A DNA stretch of 64,000 nucleotides from Auanema rhodensis (Eukaryota; Animalia; Nematoda), in assembly GCA_964057225.1 (NCBI GenBank), contig OZ059897.1, forward strand, positions 5,828,001-5,892,000, read 5' to 3'. Of the stretch, positions 26,361 to 37,200 are shown piece by piece (the first letter of the stretch is position 1; each line of letters starts with the position of its first letter). Below the pieces are notes generated by a model that did no database searches, was not told the DNA's origin, and saw only the letters and a program-made list of their open reading frames with translations. The translations under genes were made by a program, and so were the position numbers.

Positions 26361-28355
26361 ATGTCTGTTGCAGCACGACTTCATCAATTTTTTTCTTCCA
26401 TACCACGTAAAGTCTGGTTTATAATCGTTGCTGTGTTCATATTACTTCTTCTTCTAATAGCTATAGCAGTAACACTTTTACTTGTACTTCATGTATTTCC
26501 TAATAACAATACAGATCCAAAGGTAAATCATTTGTCTTTTCTTAATTATATGTACATATATAGTAATAGCATTATCTATTCAGCTTTATTTAAAGGTTTA
26601 TTCTCTTAAAATTTTCATTTGTTTTCAGAATCTTGTCATTACAACAAGTAGATATCCACATACAACATCAACTCCACCGGTTAATTACCCTGTTGGATAT
26701 GTAATAGGAACCAAAAGTCATTTCTTTCAAACTAATAGTAATTATACTCGTATAGTTCCCGATTATCGTGGATTTAAATTTAGAGATCGGTATGTTTTCA
26801 AAATTTCTTTTCTTTAATTTAATACTTTTTTTGTTTTTTTAGTGTATTAGCCTATACATCGGATACAATATTTATAATTGAAGCTAATAATAGTAGTCCA
26901 ATTCATATAAACTATACTATGAATGATTGCTCTGAATGTCATTTGATTTCATTGACTGATGTCTGTCTTCAACAAAGACAATGTAATTCTAATTCAGCTA
27001 TATATTGTTGTTATAACTGTTCAGCACAGGTTTGTTATTTTATTATTTTTTTTATAAATATCGATTATACGGTAAATTAGTAGAATAGAAAAAGAATGAG
27101 GCTATATGAAGTTGTTTATAATGATGGCAATGTAAAAGTTGTATCTCATCATTTCAATAGTACATTAATAGAAGCTTCAACAATTAAAATTTTAAAATGA
27201 AAAAATTTTAATTTTCTATATTTATAGATTTTATTGATATAATGCATTATCAAATGTTGATTTATACCCATTTGAATAGAAAAATGTTTTATCGATGAAT
27301 AATTCCGTTTTCATATCTTTATCATTTATATTTGCTCCAAAAATGCTTAAACAGTTGCAACTTTTTGTTTGTTTCAACAATTAAATTAAGAAAATACTTA
27401 TGTTTGCAAAAGACATTCAATAAACTAATAAAATCGATTAAAATAAATTGATAAATTCATTCTTAAGTTCAAATTCATTACTAATCTTTAGAAAAATATG
27501 AAAAATTTAAATATTTATTCACGTACGTGAGATTAAGGAATTCTCAGTGTTTTCATTTTTCAATCATATGCAGTTGTGAGCGGTTGTCTTTGCTGTTATA
27601 TTACTTTCTTTTTCTTTTTTTAATTTTTATTATTAACTATATGCATAATATAATAATTATAGAATTATACAAGATGCTCAGTACATGGAAGATTAATAGA
27701 AGATCTTTCAAAGATAATTGAATATCGTGTATCTACAGATGGAAAACAATTACTTCAGAGTACTTCACAAACTTTATATAATAGTACTTTAATACAGGTT
27801 AATTAGAAATAAATATATAATGATTAATATTTTATTTAGGTTAAACGAATCAATGAAACTGGTGATGTTCAAATTGGAGAACCGAAAGACTTTCCAGCTT
27901 TAACGAATATGCTGCTAGTGGCATCTGTTGTTACCAATACAGATGATAGCTCATCTACAAGTTTTGTGGTTGGCTTCGATGGAATATCACGAATGATAAT
28001 AGTAAATATGAGCAATACGGTAGAAATCGAATTATCTGGAGTTGAGACAATTTCAATTAGATCATTAACTGCATCTCGAAATGGTAACCATATAATGATA
28101 TCACTATTATTAGTTAATCGTTTCTATATTATGCGATATAATATTCTAAATAATTGCATAAGTTTATTAGTTGATAATCAATATGTATCATTCTTATATC
28201 CAGGTGAATTAATTGATTCATATTGGATTGATGATGTTTATTTATTACAATATGTACAAAGAAATGGAATAGATTTAGTTGAATTTTTATTTAATTGGGA
28301 AGATGATACAATTTGTAAGTATTCAAATAATAATAAACATAAAGTTTATATATAA
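26361..28355 (+). CDS. Type II single-pass membrane protein with Cys cluster; orphan (5' end uncertain)
   Basis: TM VWFIIVAVFILLLLLIAIAVTLLLVL, then spliced exons NLVITTSRYP..., NDCSECHLISLTDVCLQQRQCNSNSAIYCCYNCSAQ and the 27909-28355 ORF. Confidence 0.6.
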
Positions 28356-29142
28356 AATATATAATATTAATTGTACATATTGTGTAAAATAAATTTATTA
28401 TTAATTAATTCTCAAAAGCTTAATCTATCAACTGGCTTGCCTTTGATGTATGAAAAACATGAAAGAAAACGAGGAGAAAGACATAAAAGTTTGAACTTTT
28501 TTGACGTGTCAATGTTATAGCTTCTGATAATCGTACATTGTAAAATTAAATTGTAAAATATGGCAAAGATAAGACGTTATATGATGAAGAAAGTTGATTT
28601 TGCTTCAAAAGGTCTTCTAGTCTTCGTATACTTTCATTATTTCTTTATACTTTCTATAGATGATGTTGGTTGATACTTGTCTTCAATATACTTCAACATG
28701 TAAAACTTCTTCGAAACAATGTTAGAATATAAGAATTTATTCTAAAATAATAATTATTTTAAATTTTATGTTTAATTATTTATATAAATAAACATGTATA
28801 TACATATGTATGTATGTATATGTACATATTATAATATACTACATGCTTTTATTTGATTAATGTGATATAATCTTATTAAAGATAGCAATTTACAGGACAC
28901 GTACAAGTTCTTATCTGATTTTAATAATGTAATCCTTATATTCATTCATAACTTTCTTACATCAGCTTACTCCTGTTTGAAATAATCTTTCGTCATTAAT
29001 TGACCTTTTTTTCAATTTTTAAAAGTTTCAAATATGATTTAATCGTAAAATGTTTTTGTATAAAATGAAAGATTTATCATTTTCAATATATGAATTTCAT
29101 TTTATCTTTCTAAATAAAACTTGTCAAGTACTGTTTTTGCAG

Positions 29143-31538
29143 ATGTGGTGGGTGATATTTCTCTTAGGTATCACCTCTGTTTTGGCAGCAGATAAAGGTG
29201 AAAAGGATATTGTCTCAAACTTACCAGGATTAACATTCAAGCCAAAATTCAATACTTATTCGGGATACTTACAAGCAGGAAAACCAGAATGGAGAATGCA
29301 TTACATGTACAAACACGTCTCATATTTTCTTCTTCTTTAAACTATACATTTTAAGGTTAACTGAATCGAAAAGCAATCCAAAAACAGATCCTTTACTTGT
29401 ATGGTTCAATGGAGGTCCAGGATGTTCCTCATATGCTGGTCTATTCGAAGAATTAGGCCCATTCCAAATCAATTATGATGGCAAAACTGTATATGAAAAT
29501 GTTTATTCATGGAATGCGGTAAGAGAGAGCCTAAACTCATTGCATAGTTAGTATAACTTAGAAAGCCAATGTTCTTTATTTGGAATCTCCTATTGGAGTT
29601 GGATTTTCTTACAATACCAAGAATGATAGTTATTCAGTAGCTAATGATGATCAAAGTAGTCAGCAAAACATGGCTGCTCTTATTGATTTCTTCAAGTCAG
29701 TTATTATCTTCTATTTGAAAATATTTAATTATTTCTCAACTTAGTCTTCATGCTCGCTATGCCAATAGAACATTCTATCTATCCGGAGAATCCTATGCTG
29801 GAATCTATATTCCCATGCTGTCTCAATCAATCGTTAAAGCTATTAACAATGGAACATTCCCCAATCCTAATTTCCAAGTAATCTCTAATTACTTTTCTTA
29901 TGTTAAAAATCTTTTATTGAACATCAAATTCTTATAATCTGATCTTGTTCAAGGGTGCCGCTATCGGAAATGGTTTCTTAAACGTTAAATTACTTTATAA
30001 TTCCATTGTTACTTGGAGTGCTTATCATGGTCGAGTTGGACCAGAGTATGTTATTGTTTTCCATCTACAAGAATTGCCTAAAAAGCTTACATCTTATCTA
30101 ACTAAGTATCATGCTGTTATAGACAATGGGAGCAAATCAAGAAAGAATGCGGAAAACCAGGAACTGATATTGATACTTTTGATTTCACTAAGTTCATTAC
30201 TCCTAACAAAACTAATGGTCAGCTTCAAATAATATTAGTTATAAAGAAAGCAATTCAGGCATCGATTATCAGGGCGATTCAAGTGCTTGTGGTCAATTAA
30301 TTGACCCTCTGATTCGAATGCCATTGAAGTGAGTTAAGCATAATTTGATCGTGAAAGTAACATTCATTCAGTATGTTCCCTTACAACTTTTTCCAAGATT
30401 GCTATGATAGCGCTTACATCGAATCTGCACCGGTACCACCCAAACCAGCTCATCGTCGTCGTGTAAGAAGAGCAGCTAGTTCATTCCAAGGATCACAGAC
30501 CATCAACAAGAATACTGCAGTAAATACATTCTTATATTGAAAAAACGAAGAATTAGAATCTTGGTAGCATCATGTTTCATCATATTTTCAGAAATTATTG
30601 AATCACATCTCTACTGATAACCAATGGGGATACAACTGCTGGAACGAGAATGCATTATCTATTTACTCAAATCGTAAAGATGTTCAAAAAGCTTTGAATA
30701 TTGAACCAGCATGGCAACAACAAGCCGGAGGAAAATTCCAATGGACTGATTGCAAGTAAGATAACTTATCTCTTTCTACTAATTTTCATATAAATTATAT
30801 TTTTAGTGATGCAATCTATGAACAATATCACAATACTTACAATGATACTGAACAATTCTTCAAATATGTTATTGATAATGTGAAAGTAAAAACTAAAATT
30901 TGAAAAAAAAGTTCTAAAGAAACCCTATGTTAGATTCCAAACTTCCGTTTCTTGATCTACAACGGAGATATTGATACCGTTTGTAATTACTGGGGAGATG
31001 CACTTCACATGCGAAATATGGCAACTCATATCAGAAACAAAACAGTATGCTGACTGATTATTTTTAAACATTTTAAAACAATTTATTGTTACAGAATACA
31101 AATCGTGACTATTGGTACTTCAGTCAAAATCAGCAAACTGCTGGATATCAGATGCGATATTCCGGTAAATCAGGAGCTAATGCTAGTATCAGTATTGATG
31201 TCATTACTATTAAGGTTAATTCGTTGAACACTATAGATAACAATGAAATGAACAATAACTTTTATTATTTTACAGGGAGCTGGACATATGGTTCCTAACG
31301 ATAGACCAGGACCAGCACTTCAAATGATCACAAACTTCTTGTTCCCAGGAGAGAAAGGTGTAGATTATTCTGCTCAAGTTGTTGATCCAATGCCACAGGT
31401 GAGGAAAAAATAAAAATTAAATTAAATTAAATTAAAAAGTAATTTCAGCCATCAGAAACAATTTACGACACGGGCTCCGGCATAATCAATACATTACCTT
31501 ATGTATTATTATTATTAATTTTACAGATATTCCATTGA
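29143..31538 (+). CDS. Serine carboxypeptidase S10 (cathepsin A-like), single domain
   Basis: Signal peptide [43 protein letters not shown] (catalytic Ser), YNGDIDTVC (Asp), GAGHMVP (His), hydrophobic C-terminus. Confidence 0.95.
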
Positions 31539-31807
31539 AAATATGTATTTTATATAATTTTTAAAATGTGAAAAATAGAAAAAATAGTTAATAAAATAAA
31601 TTTGAAAGATAAGTTTGTAGTTTGTAGGATAGTTGTAATACGCATAATACACGGGAGTGAAGTAATTACTACATAAGAGAGAGAGTTCGGTGTTCTAGCT
31701 CTTGTCTCTTGGGAATGTAATCTTGATGTTTCTGGCGTCTTGGCGTTCCTAGATTAAAATATAAGTATGATATTTGCCTGAAACACCTTTTAGTTGCGTT
31801 AATGTCG

Positions 31808-31868
31808 AGTCCATCCACAAGAGTGTTCACTTAAAAGTTCAGGCTGAGAGGCACGTTGGGTCAGGTGT
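31808..31868 (+). repeat. Diverged partial copy of the 200-bp satellite monomer
   Basis: ccatccacaagagtgttcacttaaaagttcaggctgagaggcacgttgggtcaggtg aligns with the satellite ccatccacaaattttgttcacaaaaaagttcaggctgtaggcacgttgtgtccggtg. Confidence 0.8.
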
Positions 31869-32808
31869 GGGGGTCCTCGGAAAAAAATTTTTTAAAAATG
31901 TCCTCGGAGGGATTCTGGGGGTCCTCGGCGTCGTCGGTGTCCCGGCTGAAAAAATAATTCAATCGGGGGTCGCGTCGTGGGTCGGGGCGTCGTGGGTCGG
32001 GGGCGTCGCAGGTCTTCTGGGGTTGTCGTGGGGTCTTCTGGGGTCGTCAATTTTAAAATTGTCCGAGTAGGGATTCTGGTGGTCCTCGGCGTCGTCGGTG
32101 TCCCGGCTGGAAAAATAATTCAAAATTCCTCGGGGGTCGCGTCGTGGGTCGGGGGCGTCGTGGGTCGGGGTCCGCGGGTCCTTGGGGGTCCTAGTCCTGG
32201 GGTCCGCGGGTCCTTGGGGGTCCTAGTCCTGGGGTCCGCGGGTCCTTGGGGGTCCTAGTCCTGGGGTCCGCGGGTCCTTGGGGGTCCTAGTCCTGGGGTC
32301 CGCGGGTCCTCGGGGGTCCTGGTCCTGGGGTCCGCGGCGGTCCTGGTCGGGGGTCCTGGGGTCCGCGGGTCATCGGGGGTCCTGGGGTCCGCGGGTCATC
32401 GGGGGTCCTGGGGTCCGCGGGTCCTCGGGGGTCCTGGGGTCCGCGGGTCCTCGGGGGTCCTGGGGTCCGCGGGTCCTCGGGGGTCCTGGGGTCCGCGGGT
32501 CCTCGGGGGTCCTGGACCTGGGGTCCGCGGGGGTCCTGGTCCTCGAGGTCCTGGTCCTCGGGGGTCCTGGTCCTGGGGTCCGCGGGGGTCCTGGTCCTCG
32601 AGGTCCTGGTCCTCGGGTCCGCGGGGGTCCTGGTCCTCGAGGTCCTGGTCCTCGGGGGTCCTGGTCCTGGGGTCCGCGGGGGTCCTGGTCCTCGAGGTCC
32701 TGGTCCTCGGGGGTCCTGGTCCTGGGGTCCGCGGGTCCTCGGGGGTCCCGGTCCTGGGGTCCGCGGGTCCTGGTCCTCGGGGGTCCTGGTCCTCGGGGGT
32801 CCTCGGGT
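31869..32808 (+). repeat. GC-rich, G-tract minisatellite block
   Basis: A ~100-bp segment repeated at ~160-bp spacing (from ~31909 and ~32069). Then a 32-bp period GGGGTCCGCGGGTCCTTGGGGGTCCTAGTCCT, a 26-bp period GGGGTCCGCGGGTCCTCGGGGGTCCT, and GGTCCT variants. Confidence 0.95.
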
Positions 32809-32861
32809 GCTCCTGTATCTGTACCTGTATCTGTAACTTTTGTCTTACCTTCTGTTCATCA

Positions 32862-32933
32862 GCAACCTGTGGGATTCGATCTTGGACTGTTTGAGTGCCA
32901 GTCTGTCATCTTATCCTTTCGGCTATTGACCAC
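32862..32933 (-). pseudogene. tRNA-derived relic (A/B box-like, poor stems)
   Basis: The minus strand reads GTGGTCAATAGCCGAAAGGATAAGATG...CAAGATCGAATCCCACAGGTTGC, 72 nt, with A-box-like TAGCCGAAAGG and B-box-like GATCGAATCC. The acceptor stem is mostly G-T or mismatched. Confidence 0.4.
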
Positions 32934-33943
32934 ATTTATATATAATTGGTAACTATATGATAAAATAAAAAATGGATATATCATATAAACTATAAGGCAA
33001 CATATTTTCATAATGGGGCTATGTTTAAGACGTCATATCTCATCGATATGTCAATATTTTCAATTTTCAATTAGATTTTCATGTTCTACGGGTTCGATTC
33101 CATATTTAGTAAGTCTCGTAATATTTAATATATTTTTTTAAAACATACTTTTAGTAAAATTATCAAAGAATTCTCTTCAAGGTCGCGCTCCACTGATAAT
33201 CATGAATTTGATTCAAATATATTATTCTTATTAAACTAAAATTAAAATATTTTATTTAATGATTTTTATAAATTTATATAATAATTTTATATTTTTAAAT
33301 ATTAAATAATTTTTATTATTTCTATTAATTTGTTTCTTTTGCTCGGCGATTATCCAGACAAATTCTTATTAACAAATGTTTTTCACAACTATTTAAGAAA
33401 TATTATATTTTCGTATATGACATGAAGCGATTGTTGTCCAATTCGTAGTAGCCTCAACCTCCTTTACATCGTTCCATATTTTGAAAAATTTCAAATTTCT
33501 TGGTTTTGGGAGATCCGAAAGAAATAAATCGACAATCGAACTTGAACACTTTTAAAATTCTTCAATCCCTACTGGAGTAATGTATAATCATACTTGTACA
33601 GTTAAATTACTGTACTTTTATTACTTTAAGTAATATATATTTTATTTTTTTGATGAAATTCAAAAAAAATTAATTAAAAGCAATTTTTAACACAAAAACT
33701 TATTTTATTAATAGATTGTGGAAAATTGAAGAAAATAAGAAATTTTTCTTTCATAAACAACTTAAGCTGTGTGTTATTCAATTTCTGTCTTGCGCACTCG
33801 TTTTTGAAAATTTTATTATCTCAATTCAACATTCTCTTTCGAGAAGGGACGCAAGAAGTTAATCATATATTAAAAAATCTCCGTAAGGGTTTGTGAATAG
33901 CAATGAACAGGAATAAAAATGTTTCTAACTTCCAATTCTATTG

Positions 33944-34015
33944 GCCCAAGTAGTATAGTGGTTAGTACTCCACGTTGTGGCCGTGGCGACACAGGTTCGA
34001 TTCCTGTCTTGGGCA
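33944..34015 (+). tRNA. tRNA-His (GTG)
   Basis: GCCCAAG/CTTGGGC acceptor stem, D-arm GTATAGTGGTTAGTAC, anticodon arm CCACG-TTGTGGC-CGTGG, T-arm ACAGG-TTCGATT-CCTGT, discriminator A, downstream TTTTT terminator. Confidence 0.97.
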
Positions 34016-34063
34016 ATCGTTTTACATGTTTCTTTTTTTATCTAATTGAAATAAAGGAAAAAA

Positions 34064-34160
34064 AGCGAAGTTGATACCACGAAGATCCAGCTAAGTTGAT
34101 TCCAAGAAGCGTTCGTAACTGGGACCGAGACACCACTTTTGTAGTTGAAGAGCGGAGACG
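34064..34160 (+). repeat. Isolated copy of the 25-bp repeat plus the start of spacer module B
   Basis: agcgaagttgataccacgaagatccagctaagttgattccaagaagcgttcgtaactgggaccgagacaccacttttgtagttgaagagc matches ~43885-43972. Confidence 0.9.
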
Positions 34161-34211
34161 TTTGCGGCCAAACATGATGATGACTCAATTACTAGACTGA
34201 CTTATTTCGAT

Positions 34212-37200
34212 TTTTGTTCACAAAAAAGTTCAGGCTGTAGGCACGTTGTGTCCGGTGATTGTCAATTTTTCTCAAAGATTTTCAACTATAACCAAACAAA
34301 AATAGTTACAACTTGGGTATTCAGATGTGTAGATTCTGAATTACTTAATGAGATTTGGCTGTGACTTCTCAGTTTTCCGGAAAAAAGGTTTATATCAACC
34401 CCATCCACAAATTTTGTTCACAAAAAAGTTTAGGCTGTAGGCACGTTGTGTCCGGTGATTGTCAATTTTTCTCAAAGATTTTCAACTATAACCAAACAAA
34501 AATAGTTACAACTTGGGTATTCAGATGTGTAGATTCTGAATAACTTAATGAGATTTGGCTGTGACTCCTTAGTTTTCCGGGAAAAAGGTTTATATCAACC
34601 CCATCCACAAATTTTGTTCACAAAAAAGTTTAGGCTGTAGGCACGTTGTGTCCGGTGATTGTCAATTTTTCTCAAAGATTTTCAACTATAACCAAACAAA
34701 AATAGTTACAACTTGGGTATTCAGATGTGTAGATTCTGAATTACTCAGTGAGATTTGGCTGTGACTCCTTAGTTTTCCGGGAAAAAGGTTTATATCAACC
34801 CCATCCACAAATTTTGTTCACAAAAAAGTTTAGGCTGTAGGCACGTTGTGTCCGGTGATTGTCAATTTTTCTCAAAGATTTTCAACTATAACCAAACAAA
34901 AATAGTTACAACTTGGGTATTCAGATGTGTAGATTCTGAATAACTTAATGAGATTTGGCTGTGACTCCTTAGTTTTCCGGGAAAAAGGTTTATATCAACC
35001 CCATCCACAAATTTTGTTCACAAAAAAGTTTAGGCTGTAGGCACGTTGTGTCCGGTGATTGTCAATTTTTCTCAAAGATTATCAACTATAACCAAACAAA
35101 AATAGTTACAACTTGGGTATTCAGATGTGTAAATTCTGAATTACTTAATGAGATTTGGCTGTGACTTCTCAGTTTTCCGGAAAAAAGGTTTATATCAACC
35201 CCATCCACAAATTTTGTTCACTAAAAAGTTCAGGCTGTAGGCACGTTGTGTCCGGTGATTGTCAATTTTTCTCAAAGATTTTCAACTATAACCAAACAAA
35301 AATAGTTACAACTTGGGTATTCAGATGTGTAGATTCTGAATTATTTAATGAGATTTGGCTGTGACTCCTCAGTTTTCCGGAAAAAAGGTTTATATCAACC
35401 CCATCCACAAATTTTGTTCACAAAAAAGTTCAGGCTGTAGGCACGTTGTGTCCGGTGATTGTCAAATTTTCTCAAAGATTATCAACTATAACCAAACAAA
35501 AATAGTTACAACTTGGGTATTCAGATGTGTAGATTCTGAATAACTCAATGAGATTTGGCTGTGACTTCTCAGTTTTCCGGAAAAAAGGTTTATATCAACC
35601 CCATCTACAAATTTTGTTCACTAAAAAGTTCAGGCTGTAGGCACGTTGTGTCCGGTGATTGTCAATTTTTCTCAAAGATTATCAACTATAACCAAACAAA
35701 AATAGTTACAACTTGGGTATTCAGATGTGTAGATTCTGAATAACTCAATGAGATTTGGCTGTGACTTCTCAGTTTTCCGGAAAAAAGGTTTATATCAACC
35801 CCATCCACAAATTTTGTTCACAAAAAAGTTCAGGCTGTAGGCACGTTGTGTCCGGTGATTGTCAATTTTTTTCAAAGATTATCAACTATAACCAAACAAA
35901 AATAGTTACAACTTGGGTATTCAGATGTGTAGATTCTGAATTACTTAATGAGATTTGGCTGTGACTTCTCAGTTTTCCGGAAAAAAGGTTTATATCAACC
36001 CCATCCACAAATTTTGTTCACAAAAAAGTTCAGGCTGTAGGCACGTTGTGTCCGGTGATTGTCAATTTTTTTCAAAGATTATCAACTATAACCAAACAAA
36101 AATAGTTACAACTTGGGTATTCAGATGTGTAGATTCTGAATTATTTAATGAGATTTGGCTGTGACTCCTCCGTTTTCCGGGAAAAAGGTTTATATCAACC
36201 CCATCCACAAATTTTGTTCACAAAAAAGTTCAGGCTGTAGGCACGTTGTGTCCGGTGATTGTCAATTTTTCTCAAAAGATTTTCAACTATAACCAAACAA
36301 AAATAGTTACAACTTGGGTATTCAGATGTGTAGATTCTGAATAACTCAATGAGATTTGGCTGTGACTTCTCAGTTTTCCGGAAAAAAGGTTTATATCAAC
36401 CCCATCTACAAATTTTGTTCACAAAAAAGTTCAGGCTGTAGGCACGTTGTGTCCGGTGATTGTCAATTTTTCTCAAAGATTTTCAACTATAACCAAACAA
36501 AAATAGTTACAACTTGGGTATTCAGATGTGTAGATTCTGAATAACTCAATGAGATTTGGCTGTGACTTCTCAGTTTTCCGGAAAAAAGGTTTATATCAAC
36601 CCCATCTACAAATTTTGTTCACAAAAAAGTTCAGGCTGTAGGCACGTTGTGTCCGGTGATTGTCAATTTTTCTCAAAGATTTTCAACTATAACCAAACAA
36701 AAATAGTTACAACTTGGGTATTCAGATGTGTAGATTCTGAATAACTCAATGAGATTTGGCTGTGACTTCTCAGTTTTCCGGAAAAAAGGTTTATATCAAC
36801 CCCATCTACAAATTTTGTTCACAAAAAAGTTTAGGCTGTAGGCACGTTGTGTCCGGTGATTGTCAATTTTTCTCAAAGATTTTCAACTATAACCAAACAA
36901 AAATAGTTACAACTTGGGTATTCAGATGTGTAGATTCTGAATAACTCAATGAGATTTGGCTGTGACTTCTCAGTTTTCCGGAAAAAAGGTTTATATCAAC
37001 CCCATCCACAAATTTTGTTCACAAAAAAGTTCAGGCTGTAGGCACGTTGTGTCCGGTGATTGTCAATTTTTCTCAAAGATTATCAACTATAACCAAACAA
37101 AAATAGTTACAACTTGGGTATTCAGATGTGTAGATTCTGAATTACTCAGTGAGATTTGGCTGTGACTCCTCCGTTTTCCGGGAAAAAGGTTTATATCAAC

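Noticed and set aside
31774-32952. Gly/Pro/Arg-rich, collagen-like ORFs
   Set aside because: A by-product of an A-poor G-rich repeat that cannot form stops. No ATG start, no sustained Gly-X-Y register, no signal peptide.
34355-34364. TTGGC pairing-centre-like motif in the satellite
   Set aside because: A single short core per 200 bp. HIM-8/ZIM sites are known from Caenorhabditis and occur at much closer spacing.
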